Part shown: piece after piece, positions 1 through 9,001 of the stretch | How positions within the stretch are numbered: position 1 is the first letter of the stretch | Layout of the letters: each line of letters begins with the position of its first letter | Assembly (NCBI GenBank): GCA_030833725.1 | Contig: JAURGP010000002.1 | Span: forward strand, 6,773 to 70,772 | DNA: 64,000 bases | Origin: Candidatus Kapaibacterium sp. | GTDB lineage: Bacteria > Bacteroidota > Ignavibacteria > Kapaibacteriales > Kapaibacteriaceae | Reading direction: 5' to 3' | The notes under the pieces: model-generated | Database searches by the model: none | What the model was told of the DNA's origin: nothing | The model's input: the letters and a program-made list of their open reading frames with translations, nothing else | Position numbers and translations under genes: made by a program

Positions 1-1490
1 TCTGTAAACGTCTCCTGGGACCATGGGGCTACCAGTAGTCCTGCAAGTAGTACGTCTCCTGGAATAGCATAAAATGGCATGCGAAGCCGTGTTGAGATAG
101 CTGTCCTAGCAGGTACTTGAACCAGGCTTTCCGTTGGTAGTGCGCCACTCTCTTTCTCACGGTAGCTGGCTGTCGAACGGCTGTCGTAGGATGTACCAAT
201 CTCGAAAAACGCCAGACCATCGTCTCCCTCACTCATAATCCCATCAAGTCCTAGTCCCGCTCGGATGTTGATACCGATAGAACCGGCGCCCATTGCCGAT
301 GTACCTGCGGATTCAAGAGCATCGTTCCAACCGGCTAGGACAGAGTACGGTGATACTCCAATGAAGCCACCAACTTCCGTCCGGAATCGAGGCATATCAC
401 CAAGTCCGTATGACAGCGCAGGCACGGGGGTCTCGGTCAGGATTGTTTGACAATACTCCAAGGTCCCATCATTGATGAGCTCCACCGGCACCACGTCATT
501 CGAGCATGTGCTCAGCGTATCCGGACTGGTACCCAACGGCAGTCGCGATGTATGCAGTGGTACCTGACCAGAGTACACATCCAAGATTTGGGACAGGCTG
601 GCGGCCACTACATGCGCTGCAACCTGAACATCCTGCTCGCGAATGAATGCGTCACCAAGCAACACTAACGGTTTACCACTCCACGTGAACGTCTCGTAAC
701 CCTCTTCGTTATAATAGTCATGGGTTCCTTTTCGCACTGATGGATCGCCCCACGAGCCTGTGGTATGACCAGCTGCGAACATGTCCTGCAGAAAGTGGAG
801 CCCATATGCCTCGTCGGCCAGCATCGATAGGGCAAGTTTGTTGCGTTCTTCACGCGAAACACCCGACTGCCGGAGCATAGCGGCTTTTTGCAGTGCTCGC
901 TGATGATACCATGTGTACACAGCATAGGCGTTCATTTCGACACCTTGTGCTACACATTCCTTGAAGTATGTGTGTTCGTCCGTGTGTATCGACGGCCGTG
1001 CTAACAGGAAGTGTCCACTGTTGGAAACAGCACGGCTAACCAGAAGGGCGTCAGCACGCAGCAACTGGACATCCAGTGTGTGCATGGCATTGACTCGCTG
1101 GGCTCTACTCTTTGCCTCACGAACGCGATGCTTGAATTGTTCGGCAATGCGCGCGACGTTCATCACCCACTCACTCTCCAATAACGTAGAGAGCATATCA
1201 GCTGCTGAACATGAGTGATCTCCCGACACTGCCGGCCACGTAGCCCAGTCTAGGTACTCGACCTCCAATGGCTGTTCAAGCAAGATCACGGACTCTGTGA
1301 GTCGCTTCTCATGACCAGTGCGTGCCCATTTCCATAGCGTATCGAGCTGGCTTCGTCTGGTGGAATCAAGTTGTGACACCGCGGCAACACTAATGTCGCG
1401 ATGTTCCGCAAACTCCCATGCCATGGCAATTCCCGCACTAATCAGCGATAGTAGAACTGCCAACCCAAGAACACGCACATGTCTATTCAC
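1..1490 (-). CDS. Secreted Zn-dependent phospholipase C / S1-P1 nuclease-like protein (partial, runs off left edge; absent from ORF track)
   Basis: Manual translation: open frame from GTG 1490 to base 1. Signal peptide ending AMA then WEFAEH (N-terminal Trp/His), plus GLHFLQDMFAAGH and THDYYN His/Asp motifs typical of the PLC/P1 tri-zinc fold. Confidence 0.7.
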   Translation of the reverse strand, partial: MNRHVRVLGLAVLLSLISAGIAMAWEFAEHRDISVAAVSQLDSTRRSQLDTLWKWARTGHEKRLTESVILLEQPLEVEYLDWATWPAVSGDHSCSAADMLSTLLESEWVMNVARIAEQFKHRVREAKSRAQRVNAMHTLDVQLLRADALLVSRAVSNSGHFLLARPSIHTDEHTYFKECVAQGVEMNAYAVYTWYHQRALQKAAMLRQSGVSREERNKLALSMLADEAYGLHFLQDMFAAGHTTGSWGDPSVRKGTHDYYNEEGYETFTWSGKPLVLLGDAFIREQDVQVAAHVVAASLSQILDVYSGQVPLHTSRLPLGTSPDTLSTCSNDVVPVELINDGTLEYCQTILTETPVPALSYGLGDMPRFRTEVGGFIGVSPYSVLAGWNDALESAGTSAMGAGSIGINIRAGLGLDGIMSEGDDGLAFFEIGTSYDSRSTASYREKESGALPTESLVQVPARTAISTRLRMPFYAIPGDVLLAGLLVAPWSQETFT

Positions 1491-1507
1491 GAACACTACT
1501 CCGCCCC

Positions 1508-3985
1508 CTACCGCATGATGACAATTCCACGTCGCTCTGTCATCCGATCACAGCTCACCACAACCTGATACACACCCGCGGGAAATGGTTGCACATCTAC
1601 CGTCACGGATGTTGTATTTGGCATCACGTTACCGGACCACACCGCAACTCCGAGAGCATCAACAATCTGTACTGCAGTCTGCCCCGCCGCATCAGAAATC
1701 ACAATGGTGATCTGCTCTCTCGCTGGATTCGGATAGACAACCGTTGTGGATGGTGTGAGTTTACGCTCCGCTACCGACACGGGCTCTGCGGTGTACATTT
1801 CAGCGATTTCCGATGCGCTCAGGCTTCTGCGATAGTAGCGGATCTCATCCATGGCGCCGCGGAAGAAGGCCGTCCCCGCTCGACCACCAACAAAGAGTGT
1901 TGCACGGTCTCGTTTGTTTAGGGGGTTTGTAAGGGGCGCTTCGGCACGTAGTAATCCATTCATGTACAGTGAGATTGTTGACCCGTTCGATATCACGGCT
2001 CCGTGGTTCCATGTATTCAACGTAGGTGTACCACCCCATATCTGTGCAGGTGCTCCACCACCACTCCAATAGGCGATCCCAAACTGCCCCCAGACATGTG
2101 CCTGAATGATGGACTGCTGCTCCTCCCAACTTGTTCCAAGAAGTTGCTGCTCTCCATCCAGGGAAGACGGCAAGAACCAGAAGGTGTACGTGAACGAATC
2201 GAAGTCCATCGGAACATCGTTATTGCGAAGCGACGTTGCTCCGTTGAAGGTCACGGCCTTACGCTCTGCACCTGATCGATCATTGACGTACGTCGCTGCA
2301 CCGGACAGATTGTAGAGATGGCATTCCTGTTCGTCATCGAGAGATTCAGCGAACGGATAGTAGGCTACCAGGCCATCAGGATCATCCTTCAGCACCGCAG
2401 TTGCCAGAACACTCGTGTCGGATGCCTCGCCACCGTCAGCGTCTTTCAGACGAATTCGCAGATCGTTTGTACACACGTCTGCAACCGTCCAGGTGTATGA
2501 CCCGTCCGCGGCCGGAACAGATGTTACAATCGAGGCCCACGATGAGCCATCAACTGTGTAATCGATACGCACGTTTGCAACACGGGCGGATCTCCAGCTG
2601 ATCGCTACCTGCTGAGCTGGACGCAGCTGTTCACCTCCGCGCAAAGACGTTAGTGCAAGCGTTGGCTCAGCCGGTTCTTCAAGACACGTTGCAGCTTCGG
2701 CCGCCGTACGGATTTCCTGCTTGTTGAATTCAAGGAACTCCATCCGTACGGTATAGCCAAGACCTGCCGCGTTGTTGGTACCTCCACAGTAGCTCATAAT
2801 CGATCCTGGATTCGGCTTGGCTTGGATGCCCGCATCAAGGCAGCCATCACGGATGGCATCTTCTACGACGCACGTATCGAGTGGTACTCCCGCAGCACAG
2901 CTATGGGTATGTGTTGCATTGAAGTTGTGACCAAGCTCATGAGCCAGGATGTAGGCATCGTACGTGAAGGCAAAGGTTGGGTAGGTGCTGCGGCCTTGCA
3001 CGCTTGATACCGAGAAGGCATACTCTCCAGAGCTACACAGAGCGTTGAAGAAACCAAAGCCCCCACCCCCATAACTGATCGACGTCATCACGTGGGCAAC
3101 ATCTCGAGGTACGTCGCGATAGTTCTCGCTCCAGTACGAGCGTACCTTTTCTGGCAAGGCATAGGCATCACCCTTTACATCGTAGGGATCTGCCGGAGAT
3201 GCTGTCCACGTCTTCAGCCATGAGAGTCGAAAACAGATGTTGACTTGTTCGGTGTAGATCATCGATACCATCTGCACCAACGCGGTGGCATAGGCTTGCG
3301 CAAGACGCACATCGCGTCCGGTTGAGATGAAAAACTCGGTGTCGGTTTCAAGGGCAAGATCCACTTCGAGTAGACGTGTCCAATCCAAGGCCTGGGGATG
3401 AGGCAACGTTTTCTGTGCAGCATTGATGGTAGTCACCTGGTTCCAGATATCGCGAAGTTCCGCATGAATGGCAGAGCTGGCCATCAACGTATAGTGTGCG
3501 TCGTGTATGGACTCAGCAGTAGGAGCCAATACGAACGACTTTCCAGTCGAGCGCTCTACTAACAGGAATAGGTTGCCACCAACATCGATCAGGCGCACCG
3601 TTGAACCCACCTCGCCGTCGATGATGCCACTAAAGGCGTGCATTTCAGGAGCTGCGAGGGCTCTCTCAGACTCAGAGGAAACTCGGTAGGTGGTGTTTTG
3701 ATCCACCACGCTTCGCACACGCTGCATGCGAATCGTTCCAACGGTTGAGGGATCAAGGGGCACATCGTGGATCGTAAGGCTCTGCTGCCCACGCAGTGAA
3801 GCCAGAAGCGCATCCTCTCGCAACGTACACGACAGCACCGTGGCGGGCGCCGTTCCGCACAGCACCACATCCTTCTGCTGCTTCTTCACAAACGCGCTGA
3901 ATGAAAGGTCTGCCCGTGCCGGAGAAGTTGCGGAAAAGAAGAACACCAGCATTCCCAGAAAGGGAAGCAGTCGCATGAGGATCAT
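1508..3985 (-). CDS. M12B/reprolysin-like zinc metalloprotease with LamG-like domain and T9SS C-terminal domain
   Basis: HELGHNFNATH zinc motif, SIMSY Met-turn, LamG-like WNHGAV...GAMDEIRYY, CTD VYPNPA...GVYQVV. Confidence 0.88.
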   Translation of the reverse strand: MILMRLLPFLGMLVFFFSATSPARADLSFSAFVKKQQKDVVLCGTAPATVLSCTLREDALLASLRGQQSLTIHDVPLDPSTVGTIRMQRVRSVVDQNTTYRVSSESERALAAPEMHAFSGIIDGEVGSTVRLIDVGGNLFLLVERSTGKSFVLAPTAESIHDAHYTLMASSAIHAELRDIWNQVTTINAAQKTLPHPQALDWTRLLEVDLALETDTEFFISTGRDVRLAQAYATALVQMVSMIYTEQVNICFRLSWLKTWTASPADPYDVKGDAYALPEKVRSYWSENYRDVPRDVAHVMTSISYGGGGFGFFNALCSSGEYAFSVSSVQGRSTYPTFAFTYDAYILAHELGHNFNATHTHSCAAGVPLDTCVVEDAIRDGCLDAGIQAKPNPGSIMSYCGGTNNAAGLGYTVRMEFLEFNKQEIRTAAEAATCLEEPAEPTLALTSLRGGEQLRPAQQVAISWRSARVANVRIDYTVDGSSWASIVTSVPAADGSYTWTVADVCTNDLRIRLKDADGGEASDTSVLATAVLKDDPDGLVAYYPFAESLDDEQECHLYNLSGAATYVNDRSGAERKAVTFNGATSLRNNDVPMDFDSFTYTFWFLPSSLDGEQQLLGTSWEEQQSIIQAHVWGQFGIAYWSGGGAPAQIWGGTPTLNTWNHGAVISNGSTISLYMNGLLRAEAPLTNPLNKRDRATLFVGGRAGTAFFRGAMDEIRYYRRSLSASEIAEMYTAEPVSVAERKLTPSTTVVYPNPAREQITIVISDAAGQTAVQIVDALGVAVWSGNVMPNTTSVTVDVQPFPAGVYQVVVSCDRMTERRGIVIMR

Positions 3986-4015
3986 CGTTGTCCCACGAAG
4001 AGTGTAGTGGATGTG

Positions 4016-4759
4016 TTAGAACGTTGTCGAGAAGCTGAAAATCGGTGTGTACGGTGTGCCGATGATGCCCATGGACATTGCCTGCTCCGACGACGGCAGG
4101 ATCGGATCGGCAAGCTTGAAGATGTGGTGGTTCAAGAGATGTACACCGTAGGCAATACCAGCGCCAAGAGCATAGCCGGCAAGGACGTCGGTGATGAAGT
4201 GAACACCGAGGTTCATTCTCGCATACCCCGTCCACAGTGCCCACCCTACGGATGGCACGATCACGTACCAGTGTGGGTAGCGCAGACTTAGGGTTGTGGC
4301 AAATGCTGCTGCGCCGGCAGCGTGGCCAGAAGGCATCGAACTAAAGTACTTGTCGTTTCCTTCCTCGCCGTTGATAATCAGTCCCGGGTAGGCCTGGTAC
4401 GGGCGCTCACGATCGATCGCCATCTTCAGCCCAAGGACAACACCATAGGTAATACCCATGGTCACAAACTGCTGCACGGCTGTTTCGGACATATACCGGC
4501 GGTCGGCAGTTGGTTGATCAATCAGCGACGAGGTCACCCCATAGAGGTACATCGCGGAAGGCACGGCTATGTAGATCGGTGTGGCTGCATCGGACACAAA
4601 CCGTGAAGTGGGTTTTGTTTCCTGAATCCGGTTCGCGTTGTACACGAGCTGTCCGTCCCATGAGAACGGGTCCACCGACTGGGCGATCACGTGTGCATGA
4701 GGTACTGCCAGCAAGATCGATAGCAGTGCTGTTGTGAGGGAGAGAGTAAGGGGCTTCAT
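4016..4759 (-). CDS. PAP2-family phosphatase
   Basis: K...RERP, SMPSGH and ARMNLGVHFITDV motifs; ATG start chosen at MKPLTL. Confidence 0.88.
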   Translation of the reverse strand: MKPLTLSLTTALLSILLAVPHAHVIAQSVDPFSWDGQLVYNANRIQETKPTSRFVSDAATPIYIAVPSAMYLYGVTSSLIDQPTADRRYMSETAVQQFVTMGITYGVVLGLKMAIDRERPYQAYPGLIINGEEGNDKYFSSMPSGHAAGAAAFATTLSLRYPHWYVIVPSVGWALWTGYARMNLGVHFITDVLAGYALGAGIAYGVHLLNHHIFKLADPILPSSEQAMSMGIIGTPYTPIFSFSTTF

Positions 4760-4792
4760 GTTGTAGTTCAACACTTCAGAACTAAATGTTCT

Positions 4793-4933
4793 TCAAGTAC
4801 GCTGAGACGTACGCTTCTTTCTACAGGCATCGGAGCAATACCTCACCTCGTGCCACACCTTCTCCCATTTCTTGCGCCACGTGAATGGTCGGTTACACAC
4901 AGTGCACACTTTTGTAGGTAGATGTGCCTTCAA
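4793..4933 (-). CDS. DUF2256-family small Cys-rich protein (46 aa; below ORF-track cutoff)
   Basis: Manual translation (TTG)[39 protein letters not shown] matches the DUF2256 pattern. TTG start overlaps the upstream TGA (TTGA). Confidence 0.85.
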   Translation of the reverse strand: MKAHLPTKVCTVCNRPFTWRKKWEKVWHEVRYCSDACRKKRTSQRT

Positions 4934-5676
4934 GGATATTCCGCGCCCAACCCGTCTGTGAACTGAAGGTAGTTGCGTTCACTGGTCTCTGAATCAAACT
5001 CTTCTTGAGTCAGGAATGTTGGGGAGTATGGAATTCCAGCATCCCTGAGGTGCCGACACATCGAACGGAAGTGATTCGCATTCATGCCAAAGACGAGTGA
5101 GGCAGCAAACTTTGCTGCACTTGAGTGGACTTGTGGGCGCGCGTCAATTGCTCGCCGCAATTGAAACTCGAACACCTTTGTTACGGCCACGAGAGCGTCG
5201 ATGTCTGTGCTATGTGTGCCGTCAGCAATGTAGGTATTCCACAGTGCTGAAACATCCTGATCAAGATATGCTCCGCGTCCAACTTCTGGATGAGGATCAT
5301 CAATGCCCAACACGTCAATGATGATGTTCATAGCTACTGCTTGGGATCTCTCCTCGTTGGCTATCTCTGCAATCACGGGGATGCTACTGTCGTACGTCTC
5401 CAGTATCACCTCGATTGCCTCATCACCAATTTCTTCAGCTTCAACCAGACGGGTAATAACCGGGACGTCGCGGCTATCGAGACCCTTGGCTGCATAATGT
5501 TCCAAGTGCTGACGCCATGCGACTGTATCCACCTCGGTGTGGCCAGTCGTTGTGTCCACGAGTAGTAGCCGCACCAAGGATAGCTGCGACTCTGTGGAGC
5601 TGGAGCAGCTCCACAACATGAGGGCTGTGGTTAGGACGACCAAGGCAGGACGCAGATGTTGACGTTGTTGTCTCAT
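4930..5676 (-). CDS. Lipoprotein, DUF2202-like ferritin-fold domain (paralog 1)
   Basis: Lipobox LWSC; IDDP...DAL...NHFR...[14 protein letters not shown] resembles DUF2202. Confidence 0.65.
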   Translation of the reverse strand: MRQQRQHLRPALVVLTTALMLWSCSSSTESQLSLVRLLLVDTTTGHTEVDTVAWRQHLEHYAAKGLDSRDVPVITRLVEAEEIGDEAIEVILETYDSSIPVIAEIANEERSQAVAMNIIIDVLGIDDPHPEVGRGAYLDQDVSALWNTYIADGTHSTDIDALVAVTKVFEFQLRRAIDARPQVHSSAAKFAASLVFGMNANHFRSMCRHLRDAGIPYSPTFLTQEEFDSETSERNYLQFTDGLGAEYP

Positions 5677-5747
5677 GGAGTACCTCAGGATAGTTGGTCG
5701 AAAAATACAAAGTGTGTTATGGTGTTCAATTCGCTCTACGTTAGGTC

Positions 5748-6467
5748 CTACCCCAACTGCAGGTAGTTGGAGGCTGTCGTTTCCTCATCAAACTCCTCTT
5801 GGGTGAGAAACGCAGGTGAGTATGGAATGCCCGCGTTCCTCAGATACCGACACATCGAACGGAAATGATTCGCATTCATCCCGTACATGACCTCTGCAGC
5901 ATACTTCGCTGCGCGTGAGTGTAACTGTGGCCGTGCGTCGATCACCTGCTTTAGCTGGAATTCGAACACTCTCGTGATAGCAACGAGTGCATCTATCGCA
6001 TTGGCATGCTTGCCTTCGGCTATCTCGTCATTCCATACCGCCGAGACCGTCGAGTCGAGAAACTCCCCGAGTTCGGGTTCAGGGTACGGATCGTCGATGT
6101 CCAGAGCATCAATGATGATTTTTACGGCTACTGCTTGAGATCTCTCTTTTTCAGCAATGTCGGCCAGGATCTCGATTCCACTGTCGTACGTATTCAGCAT
6201 GATCGCTATGGCCTCCGTGCCCATCTCCTCGGCTTCTACGAGACGAACCATGAATGGGATGTCGCGAGTATCACGCCCCTGAATGGCATAGCCCTCCATT
6301 CGATCACGAAGAACAGCAGTATCGATCTCCGTATGTCCATTCGTCGTGTCCACATGAAGCGGATTTGCCGTTGGCTCTGGTTCAACGGTACTTGTGCAGC
6401 TCCACAGAATCAATCCTCCAGTAAGGATGACCAGAACAGAGCGGAGATGTTTAGGGTAGCGTGTCAT
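5748..6467 (-). CDS. Lipoprotein, DUF2202-like ferritin-fold domain (paralog 2)
   Basis: Lipobox LWSC; clearly paralogous to 4930..5676 (shared [31 protein letters not shown]). Confidence 0.65.
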   Translation of the reverse strand: MTRYPKHLRSVLVILTGGLILWSCTSTVEPEPTANPLHVDTTNGHTEIDTAVLRDRMEGYAIQGRDTRDIPFMVRLVEAEEMGTEAIAIMLNTYDSGIEILADIAEKERSQAVAVKIIIDALDIDDPYPEPELGEFLDSTVSAVWNDEIAEGKHANAIDALVAITRVFEFQLKQVIDARPQLHSRAAKYAAEVMYGMNANHFRSMCRYLRNAGIPYSPAFLTQEEFDEETTASNYLQLG

Positions 6468-6504
6468 AGGTGTTTCTTTCTTCGTGACAAACTGACGATT
6501 ACAG

Positions 6505-7848
6505 TCACTCGTTCAACCATTTGGCTAGGTATCTCCGCGGTGCGATGAACATCACCACTGCAATCACGCTCATAACCACCATGATGGCGAAGTAGTTCTG
6601 GTTGCTCATGCGGTCGTAGTATGATCCAATAAAGCCGGCCAGGTAGTTGCCAAAGAAGCTTGACAGGAACCAGACCCCCATGAACATGCTTACCATTCGA
6701 GCTGGTGCTACGCGAGACACCATCGCTTGACCAATGGGAGACAGGTAGAGTTCACCGATGGTGAACAGAAGTACTACCATCGCCAACCACAACACATTCA
6801 GCTTTTCAGCCCCCTGCGCGATATCTGCCACGTACATCATCAGGAGGAAGGCAATGGCCATCCAACCACAACCAATTGCCATCTTGACGATGGATGTTGG
6901 TTCCGATGAGCGTGAGCGCTGCCAGGCCCAGATTCGACTGAGTACTGGGGCAAACACGATGATGAAGAACGGATTGAACGTCTGGAACCATGACGAGGGA
7001 ATGTTGAAACCGAGCACGGCCCAGTCGGTTTTTTGATCGGCCCACACCTGGAGCGCATTGCCTTGCTGCTCGAAGACACCCCAGAAAAGGATGTTCACAA
7101 AGCACAAGTAGCCGATGACCAGTAAGGGGCGAATCCAGTTGTTCGAGGAGGACTCCTCGGTAGTAGCAACAATCACACGCTGGTTTTCTATTGGGAGGTG
7201 CCGGCTACCGCGCCAGTAGACGAGTGTACCGATCAGCATGCCAATACCAGCCGCGCCAAAGCCATAGTGCCAGCCGACCGTCTGACCCAACGTGCCACAG
7301 ACGATTGGTGAAAAGAAAGCACCAAGGTTGACGCCCATGTAGTAGATCGTGTAGGCGCTATCGACGCGTTGGTCACCTGGTTGGTAGAGCGAGCCTACCT
7401 GTGCCGTGAGGTTGGGCTTGAACAGGCCGTTGCCCATGATCAGAAATACCAGTGCTATCAAGAACAGACTCTCGAAGGCCATCAGGAAATGACCTGCGGC
7501 CATGAGTATCGACCCGGCATACACGGCATTGGTTTTCCCGAGGTAGCGGTCGGCAAGCAGACCTCCAAGGAAGGGAGTGAAGTACACCAAGCCCGTGTAC
7601 AGTCCATAGATCTGTGATGACACACCAATCACGGACAGTGGACCAAAGAGCGTGGTGAGGAAGCTCTCGATGGCAGAGTAGCCCAGAACACTGCTCGACA
7701 GGATGGGATCGAGCAGTAGGTACTGCGTCATGTACAGCACGAGGAGTGCCCGCATGCCATAGTAGCTAAATCGCTCCCACATTTCGGTGAAGAACAAGTA
7801 CGTCAGGCCGATCGGGTGACCGAGGAACTCGCGTGTGGCTGCAGGCAT
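6505..7848 (-). CDS. POT/PTR family proton-dependent oligopeptide transporter (MFS)
   Basis: EMWERFSYYG signature, GLFKPN, YYMGVNLG; start at MPAATRE. Confidence 0.93.
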   Translation of the reverse strand: MPAATREFLGHPIGLTYLFFTEMWERFSYYGMRALLVLYMTQYLLLDPILSSSVLGYSAIESFLTTLFGPLSVIGVSSQIYGLYTGLVYFTPFLGGLLADRYLGKTNAVYAGSILMAAGHFLMAFESLFLIALVFLIMGNGLFKPNLTAQVGSLYQPGDQRVDSAYTIYYMGVNLGAFFSPIVCGTLGQTVGWHYGFGAAGIGMLIGTLVYWRGSRHLPIENQRVIVATTEESSSNNWIRPLLVIGYLCFVNILFWGVFEQQGNALQVWADQKTDWAVLGFNIPSSWFQTFNPFFIIVFAPVLSRIWAWQRSRSSEPTSIVKMAIGCGWMAIAFLLMMYVADIAQGAEKLNVLWLAMVVLLFTIGELYLSPIGQAMVSRVAPARMVSMFMGVWFLSSFFGNYLAGFIGSYYDRMSNQNYFAIMVVMSVIAVVMFIAPRRYLAKWLNE

Positions 7849-7851
7849 GGG

Positions 7852-7859
7852 CGAAGATA
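7852..7859 (-). promoter_or_regulatory. Bacteroidota-type -7 promoter element (TATCTTCG)
   Basis: Variant of TAnnTTTG, 3 nt before the POT ATG. Confidence 0.45.
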
Positions 7860-7862
7860 GTG

Positions 7863-7880
7863 GACGAGGCCGGGAAAACC
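7863..7880. repeat. Half copy of the palindromic repeat
   Basis: GACGAGGCCGGGAAAACC is a 17/18 match to the left arm GACGACGCCGGGAAAACC; intergenic between divergent genes. Confidence 0.55.
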
Positions 7881-7981
7881 ACCAGGGCGGAATGCACAAG
7901 GAGGGCTGTGCGTTTCATATCTTTTCTCGTTGTCGGAAAATAAAAATAGGCGTCCGAACCTTCCTTGATTCTGTACCGCCC

Positions 7982-8470
7982 ATGAAACACATCGCCCTGG
8001 TTCTATTGGTGATTTTCAGTAGTTCTGCTGCAGTTAGTCAAGCACCGGATTCACTACGGCAGGACGGAGTGTATGCTGGCGTGCGCGTAGGATTGCCGTT
8101 TCTCTTTGGCCTGCGCGTCCGATACATCGGCGTTACCGATCATGATGGTCAACAGCGCCCCTTGTTCTATGCAGATGCCGATGCTGCAACTTCGATTCTC
8201 ATCAATTCAGTGAACCTAGGCGGCGGTTGGTTTCCCTTCGATGATACCTGGTACGTTGGTGCGAAGTATCACTTTCTTACCACTCCGCTCACGGATGAAC
8301 CAACAGACTGGAAGGCTCTCATCAGCGGTGAGGTCGGAGCACGCATTCCGATCGATCGCGCCTGCAATTGGCTGTTTACGATCGATGCCGGCCCGATCTA
8401 CAATCCTGGAGGCGAATCGGTGAAGGTGCTGTTCAACACTACGCTGGGTGTAGTCGGACGGTTGTACTAG
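7982..8470 (+). CDS. Small outer-membrane beta-barrel-like exported protein
   Basis: Signal peptide MKHIALV...; alternating amphipathic beta pattern; C-terminal aromatic residue. Confidence 0.6.
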   Translation: MKHIALVLLVIFSSSAAVSQAPDSLRQDGVYAGVRVGLPFLFGLRVRYIGVTDHDGQQRPLFYADADAATSILINSVNLGGGWFPFDDTWYVGAKYHFLTTPLTDEPTDWKALISGEVGARIPIDRACNWLFTIDAGPIYNPGGESVKVLFNTTLGVVGRLY

Positions 8471-8518
8471 GTTGTACTAGGGTTAAGAGGTTTTTCAAAA
8501 ACATCTGGAGTGTCGTAG

Positions 8519-8998
8519 ATGGAGCGGTATCGTTTTGCACTTAAGTGGGGTGTGATCTTCACAGCCATGGGGCTTCTGTGGATGCTCTTGGAGCGGTTGC
8601 TGGGACTACACGATGAGCGCATCGAGATGCATGCCTGGGCAACGAACCTGATTCTCTTCCCTGCCGTGCTCGTGTACGTCCTAGCACTGCGCGAGAAGAA
8701 GCGGATCGCCTACGGTGGAACAATGACCTACAAGCAGGGCTTCCTAGCTGGCGTGGGGATTACCGCAGTTGTAACACTGCTCACGCCGTTGTCTCAGTTG
8801 ATCACGTCGCTGGTGATCACGCCGGACTACTTCAGCAACATGATTGCCTACAGTGTGAACCACGGCATGCTCACACAGACCGAAGCCGAGGAGTACTTCA
8901 GTCTGTCGAACTACCTGTTGCAGAGTACGGTATTCGCACCAATTGCTGGTGTCGTGACGTCGGCAATTGTAGCGGTGTTTGTGCGGTCGAAGGGGTGA
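8519..8998 (+). CDS. DUF4199-family membrane protein
   Basis: Four TM segments; YGGTMTYKQGF...ITPDYF pattern. Confidence 0.75.
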   Translation: MERYRFALKWGVIFTAMGLLWMLLERLLGLHDERIEMHAWATNLILFPAVLVYVLALREKKRIAYGGTMTYKQGFLAGVGITAVVTLLTPLSQLITSLVITPDYFSNMIAYSVNHGMLTQTEAEEYFSLSNYLLQSTVFAPIAGVVTSAIVAVFVRSKG

Positions 8999-9001
8999 CG
9001 T

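Noticed and set aside
29-1518. Short ORFs listed in the first 1.5 kb
   Set aside because: Shadows of the long minus-strand ORF that runs off the window edge.
8461-8480. GTTGTACTAG tandem duplication at a stop codon
   Set aside because: One isolated 10-bp duplication with no intervening element; not enough to call a target-site duplication.
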